From Tubulanus polymorphus (taxonomy: Eukaryota; Animalia; Nemertea), in the NCBI RefSeq assembly GCF_964204645.1, contig NC_134030.1, forward strand, positions 10,375,947 through 10,439,946: 64,000 nt of DNA, read 5' to 3'. Made by a program: the position numbers and the translations under genes. Within the stretch, counting starts at the first letter, position 1. The number at the start of each line of letters is the position of its first letter. The notes beneath the pieces are model-generated. The model was not told the DNA's origin. It worked only from the letters and a program-made list of their open reading frames with translations, and ran no database searches. Positions 12,650-26,396 of this stretch are shown one piece after another.

Positions 12650-15420
12650 TTTCTTCTATCTATATCAGTTTTAATGCAGACCTGTCGCCACAGGTCCCGA
12701 GAAGCTCTGTAAAATGGCGCGAGCTGCCGTGTGAGGTCTCGCTTCAAAATTATTGTTTTATAGTAACTTAAGATTAACTATATCCGTGGTTAGCAATCTA
12801 CATTATATTCATTACCATAAAGATACCATAAAAAGTGAAGTTTTTCCCAATTCATCAGTTTTAATGCAGACCTGTCACCACAGGTCCCGAGAAGCTCTGC
12901 AAAATGGTGCGCGTTGCCGTGTGAGGTCTCGCTTCAAAATTATTGTTTTATGGTAACTTAAGATTAACTCTATCTATGGTTAGCAATTTATATTATACTT
13001 ATTACTATATAAAGGTTATAAAAAGTAAAGTTTTTTCCATTTCATCAGTTTTAGTGCAGACCTGTCACCACAGGTCCCGAGAAGCTCTGCAAAATGGCGC
13101 GAGCTGCCGTGTGAGGTCTCGCTTCAAAATTATTGTTTTATGGTAACTTAAGATTAACTATATCCATGGTTAGCAATTTATATTATACTCTTTACTATAG
13201 AGAGACCAGAAAAATTAATGTTTTCCTTCATTTCATCAGTTTTAATGCAGACCTGTCACCACAGGTCCCGAGAAGCTCTGCAAAATGGCGCGAGCTGCCG
13301 TGTGAGGTCACGCTTCAAAATTATTGTTTTATAGTAACTTAAGATTAACTATATCCATGGTTAGCAATCTATATTATATTCATTACTATAAAGATACCAA
13401 AAAAGTGAAGTTTTTCCGATTTCATCAGTTTTAATGCAGACCTGTCACCACAGGTCCCGAGAAGCTCTGTAAAATGGCGCGAGCTGCCGTGTGAGGTCAC
13501 GCTTCAAAATTATTGTTTTATAGTAACTTAAGATTAACTATATCCATGGTTAGCAATCTATATTATATTCATTACTATAAAGATACCAAAAAAGTGAAGT
13601 TTTTCCGATTTCATCAGTTTTAATGCAGACCTGTCACCACAGGTCCCGAGAAGCTCTGCAAAATGGCGCGAGCTGCCGTGTGAGGTCTCGCTTCAAAATT
13701 ATTGTTTTATGGTAACTTAAGATTAACTCTATCTATGGTTAGCAATTTATAATATACTTATTACTATATAAAGGTTATAAAAAGTAAAGTTTTTTCCGTT
13801 TCATCAGTTTTAGTGCTGACTTGTCACCTCAGGTCCCGAGAAGCTCTGCAAAATGGCGCGAGCTGCCGTGTGAGGTCTCGCTTCAAAATTATTGTTTTAT
13901 GGTAACTTAAGATTAACTCTATCTATGGTTAGCAATTTATAATAAACTTATTACGATATAAAGGTTATAAAAAGTAAAGTTTTTTCCATTTCATCAGTTT
14001 TAGTGCAGACCTGTCACCACAGGTCCCGAGAAACTCTGCAAAATGGCGCGAGCTGCCGTGTGAGGTCTCGCTTCAAAATTATTGTTTTATAGTAACTTAA
14101 GATTAATTCTATCCATGATTAGCAATTTATATTATACTCTTTACTATAGAGAGACCATAAAAATTAATGTTTTCCTTCATTTCATCAGTTTTAATGCAGA
14201 CCTGTCACCACAGGTCTCGAGAAGCTCTGCAAAATGGCGCGCGTTGCCGTGTGAGGTCTCGCTTCAAAATTATTGTTTTATAGTAACTTAAGATTAACTA
14301 TATCCATGGTTAGCAATCTATATTATATTCATTACTATAAAGATACCATAAAAAGTAAAGTTTTTTCCATTTCATCAGTTTTAATGCAGACCTGTCACCA
14401 CAGGTCCCGAGAAGCTCTGCAAAATGGCGCGAGCTGCCGTGTGAGGTCTCGCTTCAAAATTATTGTTTTATGGTAACTTAAGATTAACTCTATCTATGGT
14501 TAGCAATTTATATTATACTTATTACTATATAAAGGTTATAAAAAGTAAAGTTTTTTCCATTTCATCAGTTTTAGTGCAGACTTGTCACAACAAGTCCCGA
14601 GAAGCTCTGCAAAATGGCGCGAGCTGCCGTGTGAGGTCTCGCTTCAAAATTATTGTTTTATAGTAACTTAAGATTAACTCTATCTATGGTTAGCAATTTA
14701 TATTATACTTATTACTATATAAAGGTTATAAAAAGTAAAGTTTTTTCCATTTCATCAGTTTTAGTGCAGACTTGTCACAAGTCCAGAGAAGCTCTGCAAA
14801 ATGGCGCGAGCTGCCGTGTGAGGTCTCGCTTCAAAATTATTGTTTTATAGTAACTTAAGATTAACTCTAACCATGGTTAGCAATCTTTATTATATTCATT
14901 ACTATAAAGAGACCATAAAAAATGAAGTTTTTTCCATTTCATCAGTTTTAATGCAGACCTGTCACCACAGGTCCCGAGAAGCTCTGTAAAATGGCGCGAG
15001 CTGCCGTGTGAGGTAGCGCTTCAAAATTATTGTTTTATAGTAACTTAAGATTAACTATATCCATGGTTAGCAATCTATATTATATTCATTACTATAAAGA
15101 TACCATAAAAAGTAAAGTTTTTTCTATTTTATCAGTTTTAATGCAGACCTGTCACCACAGGTCCCGAGAAGCTCTGCAAAATGGCGCGAGTTGCCGTGTG
15201 AGGTCTCGCTTCAAAATTATTGTTTTATAGTAACTTAAGATTAATTCTATTTATGGTTAGCAATCTTTATTATATTCATTACTATAAAGAGACCATAAAA
15301 ATTAATGTTTTCCTTCATTTCATCAGTTTTAATGCAGACCTGTCACAGTGGTGTTTTATAGTAACTTAAAATTAACTCTATCTTTGGTTAGCAATTGATA
15401 TTATACTCATTACTATAAAG
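12650..15420. repeat. ~190-bp tandem satellite, about 14.5 monomers
   Basis: Unit ...gcagacctgtcaccacaggtcccgagaagctctgcaaaatggcgcgagctgccgtgtgaggtctcgcttcaaaattattg... recurs every ~190 bp. Confidence 0.97.
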
Positions 15421-15765
15421 ATATACTATAAAGAGACCATAAAAATGAAATTGCAATTGCAAATTGAAATTTGCACAGCGTATTGTTGAGTTTACCAAGG
15501 AAAACTCGTGTTATATAAAGAAATTTATATCCAAATTCAATTTGCACAGTAGGGCTCAAGTGTTGATTTTAATATAAAATATTCATTTTAGAATTCACAA
15601 TCATTGTTTTTTATTTCCTGACGGTGTTTAGTATAACCCGTGAGTTCATGACGGTGTCTGACGGTCTTCCTGACGGTGTCTGACGGTTCCTGGCGGTTCC
15701 TGACGGTGTCTGACGGTGTTTAGTATGACCACAATTAGCGCTATCCCAGTCGGGATTCCGCCGCA

Positions 15766-15777
15766 AGTGACGTCACT
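15766..15777. promoter_or_regulatory. Palindromic CRE/ATF-type site upstream of the TMEM245 ATG
   Basis: AGTGACGTCACT, a perfect 12-bp palindrome containing TGACGTCA, ~35 nt before the start codon. Confidence 0.5.
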
Positions 15778-15812
15778 GGGGATGCCAGCTGTCAAAATTT
15801 CGAAACCAAACG

Positions 15813-16325
15813 ATGGCTTCTCCGACCTACGAATATCTGCGCTCCCCGTTCAGCAACGTGTTTCAAATTCTACCCGAAGGACATGACAAGGCATTGAAAC
15901 AAGCGTTCTACAACACGGCCGCGTTGCTGTTCGTCATCATCGTCGGCGGGGCGGTGGTCGCCGTCTATTTCGTTTTACACCCGTTCATCCAGCCGTTGCT
16001 GTGGGCCGTGCTGTGCGGTACGTTTCTGCATCCGTTCAAAAACACGTTGACCGGCGTCGTGAAAACCTGGCTGCAAGGACTGAAGGGCAGACGCACACCG
16101 TTAGTCGTCGGAACGGCTTTGATCCCCGTGCAAATCGTCGATCGGGTAACTGAACGAATCGGCTCGGCGATTTTCAATAATTTGAAGCTGATCGGAGTGT
16201 TGAGTATCGGTTTGCCGACCGTTTACATACTTTACTATTTCGGGCCGTTGCAGACGATATTCCACGGGTTTCAAGCTTTCGGATATTTCTTGTATCAATT
16301 AGTCGGATACTTCAGTACGATATGG
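15813..16325 (+). CDS. TMEM245: Transmembrane protein 245, coding exon 1
   Basis: DKALKQAFYNTAA...PLLWAVLCGTFLHPFK is the TMEM245 N-terminal signature. Donor TGG|GTAAG, phase 0. Confidence 0.92.
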
Positions 16326-16639
16326 GTAAGTTAGAGATTCTTGCTTTCTTCAACTTATGTCCATAAGACAGCTTTCGATTCTAATTGTATTCTGGCTTGA
16401 GCATAGAAGTACGATATGGATAACTTAGATAGATATTTGAAGATTCGACTGCTGCAGTTTAGGTCTCAAACAATGGCCACTTTCGATTTTGAACGTATTC
16501 CGGCTTTGAGCAAGTCAGTTTAATCCTTAGTTATCAATGCTTTGAATCACAAGAACTAATATCAGCAAATACATGTATATAGATTGTTGCATATAGAAAA
16601 AGAAATATAAATACACACACAAAAATTGACAATTAACTA

Positions 16640-17139
16640 CTGTCTGTCACACCTACTCTCCGTGCGACGTTTTGGTCCGTAATTTCGTTAATAATCGGTT
16701 TATCTACCTTTATTATGCATCAATTTGTTCAGTGAGGAATTTGCATTCAGAAATAAACAACAATTTTCACTTAAGTTGTTTTTGTTTTCATTTATGAGCG
16801 ATAGTTTACTCAGCATACGCTCGCGTAATGCTGAAAAATCGGCTCTGCGGACGCTCGGAAACGTTACAGTGACGTCATCACCTGCTCATTAGCATATCAA
16901 AATACAGTAGGTGGCGCCACGTGACGGGCCATAAAAGCCGTTTTTCAGCATTACGCGAGCGTATGCTAGGTAAACTATCGCTGATAGAAGAAAACACAAA
17001 CAAATTTCTGCCAGTTCATGATTTATTTCTGAATGCAAATTCCTTACTGAACAAATTGATGCATAATATTTACAGATCAACTGATTATTAACGAAATTAC
17101 GGACCGTAACGTCGCACGAAGAGCATGTGTGACAGACAG
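16640..17139. mobile_element. Foldback Tc1/mariner-like MITE (500 bp)
   Basis: TA|CTGTCTGTCACAC ... GTGTGACAGACAG|TA, with ~200-bp imperfect inverted arms. Confidence 0.8.
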
Positions 17140-18127
17140 TAGTCAACAAGTTACAAGGAGTTATCAGGCTAAGCAGGTCCTCCCTCCCGAGTAGTATGCA
17201 AGTTGAAATAATAATCAATAACTAACTGGGTAACCTCTGTATCCCCCTTACCATAGAACATTTCAGTACTAAGACTAAACTTTTGGGGTCAGTTGTTCGA
17301 AAGTTGGTTTGAGTTAACCAATGGATAGTTATCTTTAACCAACTTTTGAGCAACTGGCCCCAGGTCGCTATCAAGGAAGTCAAAAGATGAAACGTCAGAT
17401 TGATTTGAATATAGGAGTCAGAAAGCGAATTAATGTGAGTTTGATTTAGGTTGTTATGATGTATTATTTAGTACGGTCCAAAATAGAAAATAACGATGGG
17501 TTGCAATTAATGTGACACTGTTTACATACTGATAAATCATCATGAATTGTGGAAGATGTGATACTGTACTACTTTAGGCCTACTCTAATGCTCAAATGTG
17601 TTGGTTTTACCATGGACTCTAAAACGAAAGTCCATGGTTTTAGGTTTTACCAATTACCTACTAAGATAGACCCTATAGGTTAAGTTTGCATCACGCATAC
17701 CAGTAGCCTACATAATCCTAATCCAGCAACTAGCAGCATATGGTAGCTCCAAGTTGCGATACAACACAATGCGCTAAGAATGAAAAGAGTCTGAAATGTT
17801 TCCTTGAGCTAATAATTAGGCCTATTTGAAATTTCAACTACCCCTAGCCTATATCCTGTATAGTCATCTTTGGTAATACTACGGTTATAACAAAATTATG
17901 CAGTCCAGAATAAGGGTACTTATCGAAGAATAATAATATGTGATACCAAATCAATGGTGATATATAGCATAAAAACAGTTAAACAAACTAAACAACTTCC
18001 ATTAGTGGAGCAAATTAGGGGTACTTATGAAAAACACCAAATTAAATATACATAGTTGAAAATTTGAATAAAATTTGTGACAATTGATGAGTAAAAATTA
18101 CATACTCTTTTCCTTACTTTTTTGAAG

Positions 18128-18353
18128 GTGCTGACACTAATCATCGGTTACGTACTGATTGTGATATTCTATTGGACGCCGAAATCCAGTCCGATATTGA
18201 AGTATCTCGCCGTGCCTGTTTGGATAGCAGCTATGTTACAGATAGCCGGGCTCGCCGGACCGCTGCGAGTACCTTTGTTCATAGCCGTGATATCGATGTT
18301 GGTCATCGGATGCATCGCCAGCATAAGAGAAGCCAGGAGAAAACAAGTTCCAG
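18128..18353 (+). CDS. TMEM245: TMEM245 exon 2
   Basis: AG|GTG...CCAG|GT. Reads VLTLIIGYVLIVIFYW; phases 0/1 are consistent. Confidence 0.85.
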
Positions 18354-18675
18354 GTTTGTAGCAATTGAAAATGCGACCAATTGCCAATTTTTGGCAGGTT
18401 CTATATCATGTTGCTGCGGCGAATTTACTTCAATATCATCAAAAACGTGGTATTCAAGGACAAAAACGTCATTCAGTAAATTATTGCCGCAGCTTTCGCC
18501 GCTGCAGTAGCCTCAGTTCCTACGCCACTGAATACTCAAGAATTTCAAATAGGAAGATGTTGATTTCTGTACGGAAGTTTGAAGTTTTGGGTGTTTCTAA
18601 TTTATTCTAAGCTAATGGTTTCGAATCCCACTATAACCGTGTTTGTGTAGCAGTCGAAAAAGAGTCAGGGCTTAT

Positions 18676-18783
18676 TGAGGAGTAGTAGGCAGGGTGGATG
18701 TGGGTGGCTTGAGGAGTAAGAGGCAGGGTGGATGCGGGTGGCTTGAGGAGTAATAGGCAGAGTGGATGCAGGTGGCTTGAGGG
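18676..18783. repeat. 32-bp G-rich minisatellite, ~3.3 copies
   Basis: ttgaggagtaa/gtaggcagggtggatgc/tgggtggc repeated just upstream of exon 3. Confidence 0.85.
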
Positions 18784-18818
18784 CTCATAAGATTGATTAA
18801 GGATGAACTATTTTCTAG

Positions 18819-19166
18819 GTCAACCACCGATATCGGCTTGGGCGATTATAACCGGTGACTCAACTTCGGCAACAACGCCGACCTCGGAGGATGAAGATGC
18901 AGTGGCGCCGTCTACCAGCGCCAACGAAAACAATGATTCGACTTTGAAAGATACAACGACAGACGCCACCGGAGGAGAGAACAAAAACAAAGAATCGTCA
19001 TCGTCGAAGAAGAAGACGACGATGAAAGCGAAAAAAATGCGGACACTCAGCGACAGTTGTTTCATCGCTTTGTTTTGGGCGCTGATTCTCGTGAGGATCT
19101 GGATTCATTTCTGGGTGATAAAACTGCTGCCTATTTTACTGGCCATACTTTTCATCAAGAAATTAG
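18819..19166 (+). CDS. TMEM245: TMEM245 exon 3
   Basis: tag|GT...TTAG|GTGAG. Low-complexity loop followed by SDSCFIALFWALILVRIW; phases 1/1. Confidence 0.85.
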
Positions 19167-20228
19167 GTGAGTTGTTATGAGTATCTTGGTATGAAGGGCA
19201 CGTGATATGGACTACGGGGGTACGGGAAATATTAATTAGGGCCTAATGATGATAAACTTCGACATTCGTAAAAGCGCCTACTTCATTGTTACCAATGTTC
19301 ACCGGTGCATGGATGGGCTCAGTTGTTACAGGTTGTAAGATCATTTGAACAGACATTTTTTAAGCGCTCGTTTGGAATTGTTGAAATTGGGAATGTTTCT
19401 GAGGTTATCGTCCAAAGGGATACCGCTATTACACAGAAGTGTCCACCAAAACTCTTGGGTTTGTACGGAATATGAGACAACTATCTACTGTAAATGGAAT
19501 AAATGAGCAAAATGGTACATAAATAGGCAACAAGTTTTGAGATACTGAGGAGCTAATCCATGCAAGCACTTATAAACTGTAACAATGAGTTTATGGTCGA
19601 TGCACTGGTGTATAGCGCTATAAAGGGATAGGCCTATGGGCGTTTGCATGTTTTACTGTGGAGTGGGCAAGGGCCAGAGCTGGAAATTTTATCGTGTGGC
19701 CCCCTGTCCGCTGATGCCACTCTTGTTATATTTTCAGATGCATTTGCAATCAATCATTCTTAAAGAGCTTTGGAAGAATCCCTTCTTTCACTGATTGTGT
19801 TTCCTAATGCTCTCTATCAATCTCTCACTCTCAAACGCACATTAAGGGCTGAACATCTTTGAAGCACCACCCTCATCCTCTCACTCTATACATGCCTGTC
19901 AGGTTTCTTTTTGTATAAAAAAAAATCTGAAATGGAAAACATTCGCCGATTCTTATTTTCCGATAGGGCCTGGTGATATTGTGGCTAATTTCACAGTATG
20001 AATGTAGTTTGTACTAGATATAATTTTCAGATTTGTTTAACTTAAACCACATCGTTTGGACTGTTGACTAGCATCTATCATCATTTCGCCTGTTAATGGC
20101 TGTTCTTCTTAGAAATAATGTATCTGCACAAAGTGTGTGGAACTTTTCTATCGACAGGTGACACGCATTAAAACGTTTCTTTCGGCTAATTGGTAGCTTT
20201 CATAACCCACAACGAAACCTATAGCCTA

Positions 20229-20403
20229 CGAGAGATATCGCACAATAATTCTGCCAAAGATGTAAAGTTCTTGAGTTGGAGTATATTTGAGCAATGTTTC
20301 GGCTAATGACTATTTGCCATCATCAGGCGTACTGATGATGGCTTATAGTCCTTAGCCGAAACGTTGCTCTGATATTGGCTGAATCATTGTGGGATTTCTC
20401 TCG
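20229..20403. mobile_element. Palindromic Penelope-like relic with two hammerhead-like cores
   Basis: Inverted arms, 9-bp TSD TATAGCCTA, and CTGATGA-stem-GAAA on both strands. Relatives at 22596-22753, 23076-23349 and 38770-39165. Confidence 0.65.
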
Positions 20404-23400
20404 TATAGCCTATTCATCCGACATGCATATTGTGTATTTTCTTGCGTATAAGATTAAAGCAAATATTGGGCATTTTGCTTGCGAGTTACTTGGTAAAAAA
20501 GACGCATAGCATGGTTGTTGCTCTGGAGAAAATTATCGGACGTATGTATTAATTACGGCAGTGGAATTGATGGAATGTACAGCAGCGTTATCTACGTGTA
20601 TAACGTATGCCTTCTCATCTTTCCTTTTATTATTCTATGAAATGTGTTGAATGTGGTGCGCGGCTGTTGGCCTAGTGAATGATTTTCATATCACGTATCC
20701 TTGTCCGACATCCCAAGACATTCTTCTGAATACACATTGGCTATCGGGATATTGTCCCATTCGTGAAAAGTGCATACACTAATAAACAAGGTTCAATCAG
20801 CCTTCGATTTCAATTTTTGAGATCGCAAGAAAGTTGGGGAATTTTGGAAAAAAGAGTTATCTAGTTCATTTTCAACCCTTTAATTGCATCTACACCATAG
20901 TGTGGTTTATAAATCGGCGATTGACTTTGCTATTACACCGCACTGGTAATTATTTTTAACTCTAATGAAAGAGAGCTTTAGGATAAGAAGAGATTGATAA
21001 CTAGTGATACACCGCGCATTGGTATAGATGCACTAAAGCAGTATGCCGATACACTGGGATGGAATTTTTTTTTCCTAAATTTTCTCCAGCACTTTAGGGT
21101 ATTGATTAGTGAGCACTGCAAGGGTTCCCTTTCAGTTTGATTAGTGAGCACTGCAAGGGTTCCCTTTCAGTTTGTCTTCACCAAAGTGCGGTGTATAGAC
21201 TGGTAATGGACTTTGTTTATTCACCACGTCATGGTGTATTGATGTAACTAGTAACTAGTTTTGTCTTTAACCCTTTCAGTGCATCTACACCACAGTGCGG
21301 TGAATAATCGGTGATGGATTTTGCTAGGACACAGCACTGCGGTGTATTGGTGTTATTAGTAATTATTTTTTATCTCTATGGAAAGATGGCAGCACCTGCC
21401 AAACATTGTGAAATATTAGTAACTAATGATACTCTGCTCCGCGGTGTAGACGCACTGTAGTGTATTCCCGTTATTCAATAGACTAGGTCAAAATTTTCAA
21501 ATTACCTCCAGCACTATAGGGTATTAATTAGTGAGCACTGAAACAGTTAATGAAAGATGGCAGTACCTGTCAAACATAGTGTTAACTTACTATACACCGC
21601 ACTTTGGTGTAGGCGCACTTTAGTAGTATGTCTGTCATGCAAGACAGTGGGGTAGAATTTTTTTGAATTTTCAAATCATCCCCAGCACCTTTGGGTATGA
21701 ATTAGTCAGCAATGAACAAGTTAAGTCATAAGAAGCAAGGGATTCGTGTAGTATGCATTGCTGTGGACCTCATCGCATTACCCTATACGAAAACATCATC
21801 TACTTTCCTTTCTTAAATCGGATTTCTGAATTTCAGTCCATCACGTCCTGGATTTATATGCATCTCGGTCAGGTATCTATACGTTCATGTGCTCAGTAGT
21901 GCATGGACATGAAACTAACACAGGGCTACGAAGATCCTTGGTGAATAGATAGTCCTACGCTGAAAATTCTTACAAGAAATAGCAGCAATAACAAGTTTAT
22001 TGAACTGAAAACGCAAAGCTTCAACTATCAACTAATACTGTGGCAGATACATGGTCTGGACACTCCCTTAAAATTTTGAAGATTTTTCAAAACAAACGCC
22101 AAAATTCACAATTTCAATTGTCATTTTGAAACTTCAGATGTAGTGCACATCGACTCACACAGAACCCCTTCTATAATGATGCATACTATGTATCGATGTA
22201 TATAGGTCTAAACATTACTATAACAGTTTTTATGACATCATACATAGATTGAAAAAAAATGTTACAATCAACAATAGCAGCTGGCACAATACACTGCTTA
22301 TTATAAAAAATTCAGAGATTAGTCTTCATGAATTTTTCGTAGTTTGTCGCGGATGTATTATGCGGCGTATTGGTCATAGTCTACTTTCATTAGTGTGCGG
22401 CCAGCGTTAGGCAACGGCTGAAACGTTATATTGTTTCGTTTTTCTTAAAATATTATTACGTTATTGAATTTTCAGTGTGGGACTTTCCATTTTCTGGGAT
22501 ATTCGGAAATCATCGCTTTAAATTTCTCTCGACTAAAGACGTTTCCTAAACGAAGTACCCGCTTTGTGCTATGAAGTTCAAAACGTCAGTTAATAAGAGA
22601 AATCCCACAATAACGAAGCCAAGATTGAAAAATTCTATATCAGAATGATTATATTTGAGGAGCGACATTTCGGCTAACAACTGTTAGCCATCATCAGGCG
22701 TACTGAGTACTCAGAATTTTTCAATCTTGGCTTCTTTATTGTGGGATTTCTCTAGTTATCATCATACATGGATCATACACGGATATTGTGTATCTTCTCG
22801 TCTTAACGTTAGTTAATTCAACAGAAAATGAAACATTATTACCCAAGAAGCATGAAGAATGTATTAAGCTTTCATTGTCAGTGCTTTTCTCCCGATTAAC
22901 AATACGGTTTATAGGCCTAAATTTAAATCGACTGACTTCATCTGAGTTATTGCTTTATTTCAGCACTGTTGACTTAACACGTTCGCTGCCGACTACGGAA
23001 TTTCCCTTTCTGTTACCAATGCCACTATGAATCACGATCGATGAAAACTATATCTGTGTCGTATGACGATAATATAGAGAGAATCCCACAATAATAACGA
23101 GAGACCAAGTCTGAAAATGTTTTCTAGAGCTAGTAGTTTATTCGATTATATTAATGTATTCCTGACTATATTCTAATAGTCATCATCAGGAATATTGTAT
23201 TCCTGACTATATTCTGATAGTCCCCCATCTTCAGGAATATTGTATTCCTGAAGATGTCTGTTAGAATGTAGTCGAAATGTTGAATAAACTACTGGCTCTA
23301 GGAAACATTTTAGGACTTTGTCTCTCATTATTATTGCGGGATTCTCTCTATGTTGCCACTACGAATATATTCGTAGCTGATTCTTCCTATTTACAGTTAC

Positions 23401-23708
23401 TGATATTTGCACTCAGGCACACGGGAATGACACAGTTCCTGATTGGCTGGCAATGTGAACAAACTTCATTCACATCGCTCATTGGTTGATTTCAAGCGAA
23501 GGCTGACTATGTTACAGCTCCAGTGTCGACCTACGAGTATATTTGTAAGGCAATTGAGGACGGCACCTTAGTATCAAGCTGGCAGCGAACGCATTAGAAA
23601 AGCTACCACAATTAAAAATTATTTTTTGCAATCACAATTATCAAAGATTTATATGCTTGAAAATTATCTAATTCAATTACAACAATCGAAGATTTATTTA
23701 TACTGCAG

Positions 23709-23857
23709 GTTCTCAGATCGGAGGATGGGAATTTCTGAAACAACGATTGGACATTTGTTACAAAATGCTGCAGGACTGGGCGGGTGAACGAAAAGAAGCG
23801 ATTTGCCCGGCGCCGGTTCGAGGTTTTACTCGTATGGTCATTACCGGTGATCGAAAG
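23709..23857 (+). CDS. TMEM245: TMEM245 exon 4
   Basis: cag|GT...AAG|GTAAA. Reads ERKEAICPAPVRG...GDRK; phases 1/0. Confidence 0.85.
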
Positions 23858-25199
23858 GTAAATCCGATACGTCGGACCAGGCGCGAGTTAGATTTTAGCA
23901 CAGGACAAATGATTACGTTTGAATTGCCACTAGTTCTGGAAATAAGCCACTTCGCTTTGTTTAAACATTGTTTAGTATCGAGTGAGTGGTTTACATGACG
24001 CACTCTCAAATTAGTTGCAAAATCTAACCAGTTTCCAAAATTTGGCTCGGACCTGGTCCAATTATTTTTGGGGGGGCCAAATTTGGGCTTGACCCATTGT
24101 GCCGCACATTTTTAGAAACATGAGAAAGCACTGCCTCTGATGGGAGTTGAGATATCTAGTGGCAAGGTGGATATAGAAAAAATCAGAACATCATACAAAA
24201 TAAAGAATTAACCAGTAATCCCCAGTTCCTAACTTTGCTTTATTCTTCTAAACCTATAGTAGGATTTGATAATACAACCTTACCCCCTAAAATTTCAATT
24301 ATATATAGTTAGCTACAGTAACACATTTTTGAGACCCTCTGTACAACGGTACGATTGGAGAGACATGTTCATAACAACGCGTCGATTCAACAATTCAGAC
24401 GTTCTTGTCAGCAACTCTTCGGAAGATCTTTACGATCATATAATTGTAGTTATTAACTTGTTGCCATAATTGAAACTTCTTGTTGGATACGTACTCTTTA
24501 GTATATCTTTATCATCATATTGCGTTTTGCTCTTTACTTATGCGAAACCGTTAGATATGCCCAGAGTATTACTGCATTTGTTTGAGCGCTTTTGCGGGGA
24601 AAAAAACATTTACATTAACTTCTCATGGCCTTTGTCCGATAATGCAGAGTATGGATTTTTCAAGAAAAAAGAATGGTAGGACAAAGAGGAAAGAAATTAA
24701 AAAGAACAATTTTATAATAGGCATTTTAAAATGGAAAGGAATAGGAAAAATATGAAAATTTTCTTTTTGATTATTTGAGTATTTTTCACATAAAACCTCG
24801 GAAGGACTGCGGGAAGAAAATTTCGGGAGTGAAAATCATGACGAAAGTCGCAAATGATGCGGAATTTGCAGCGATAAATAACTTGTTGCAAATCGTGGGA
24901 TTGAAAATCAAGACATACATAACAAAAAGAGATTATTTATTTTTGAAAAATCGGCACTGAGTGTTGCTGCAGCTCGAGGTTCCCATCATCGCTATCATAT
25001 TTCGACGAATTTTCCTTATTAGAATCACTGAAAAACCTGGACATGGTCAGCACTGTCATTATACGTCTAAACCATTGTAATGTAATGTGTATTTCATCAT
25101 GTGCACATACAAAATGTATAATAATTTATTGATATAGGCATATTGCTTCCCACAATTTCATGAATTCATTCATATATTAAGTAATTTTATTGAATACAG

Positions 25200-25381
25200 A
25201 TTGTCAGTTTTCTGGAAGATTCGATGGATGCCGTGATGAGTATCGCCGTGATTTTAATCGTCCTGTTCGGTTCGATTACGTTCTGTTTGTTCATGGTCGT
25301 TCAGACGAATCACGAGAGCATGCACCTCGTGACCGTTACCAGCAACGTGCTCAATAAAACTCTTCATCCGGAACTCAGCCA
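25200..25381 (+). CDS. TMEM245: TMEM245 exon 5
   Basis: Reads IVSFLEDSMDAVMSIAVIL...HESMHLV...HPELS; donor GTAAGT; phases 0/2. Confidence 0.88.
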
Positions 25382-25776
25382 GTAAGTATCACGAATAATG
25401 CGGATTTCAATCTGCATCTGGAACCGCCATTTTTTTATCCCTATCATTGTGTCTACACTGCAGTGCGGTGTATAAAATTGTTGATGGACTTCGCTAGTAT
25501 GCTACATGATGGTGTATTGATGTTATAAGTAATTAGTTTTTACCTCTACTGTAAGATTGCAGCATCCATGAACAAAGCGAAATGTTAGCAACTAATGATA
25601 CACCGCGCCATAGTGTAGACGCACTAAAGCGTTGTGCCCTGGAAGATAAAAAAATCGGACAGATAGTGATAAGTATCAAGTGCATCCAAGGTCTTAAGAC
25701 ATCAGTCATTGTAGTTTGTTGGTCTGTTTTGCACTGTCTGCATGTACCGGTATTCATGTTAGTACTTCATTTTCAG

Positions 25777-25867
25777 ATGGTTTCCAAAAGGAGAAGAGTT
25801 GGAGAAGGCCCTGGACAGCATGGTGAATAATGCTTATATACACGGAAGAGAATGGATTACGTCGAAG
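25777..25867 (+). CDS. TMEM245: TMEM245 exon 6
   Basis: Reads WFPKGEELEKALDSMVNNAYIHGREWITSK; phases 2/0. Confidence 0.88.
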
Positions 25868-26285
25868 GTGAGAGGCAATATTGAATGAAGGCCCTATGAA
25901 ATGGAATTTGCAAAGTTTATAAAAAGTTTTAATCCCTCAAGCTTCGAAACATTTCTTATAATTTCCGAGATATGGCTCCGTAATGAAGACATCATGCTGA
26001 TAAAACCAGATTCAAACAATTTCTGAAAGCCAAAGATTCAAACAATTTCTGAAAGCCATGATAGAGATCATAGATATACCTGTTAGTCATAGTTCGTCAT
26101 CTGTAAGGAGATTTTTCCATCTCTAAAAAAGTAATCAGAGAACTTTTTCACATGAAAATTTGCCCATATGTGCTGTCCTATTGCAGATTTCTGGGGTTTA
26201 GGCTACATGGGCACAGCCATTCTGCATCACTTTCTTGCGAAGCTTATTCCAGGTTTTATCGGTAGGGTTGTTAAATGATTTGCAG

Positions 26286-26396
26286 GTCCACCAGTTGCTA
26301 AATGGTGATAAACATAAAAACAACGAGGACGCAGAAAAGCTGCAGAAACAAGTGCTTCAAATCTGGGATAAGTTATACCATCTTTGGTTAGCCAGG
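26286..26396 (+). CDS. TMEM245: TMEM245 exon 7
   Basis: Reads VHQLL...KQVLQIWDKLYHLWLAR; phases 0/0. Confidence 0.85.

Noticed and set aside
12753-15230. Series of similar 65-69-aa ORFs (MFYSNLRLT...)
   Set aside because: Artefacts of the 190-bp satellite. They use non-ATG starts, and the unit length is not a multiple of 3.
12650-15420. CRISPR-like appearance of regular repeats (also 52000-59330)
   Set aside because: Eukaryotic context, no cas genes, and the intervening sequences are homologous to each other rather than unique spacers.
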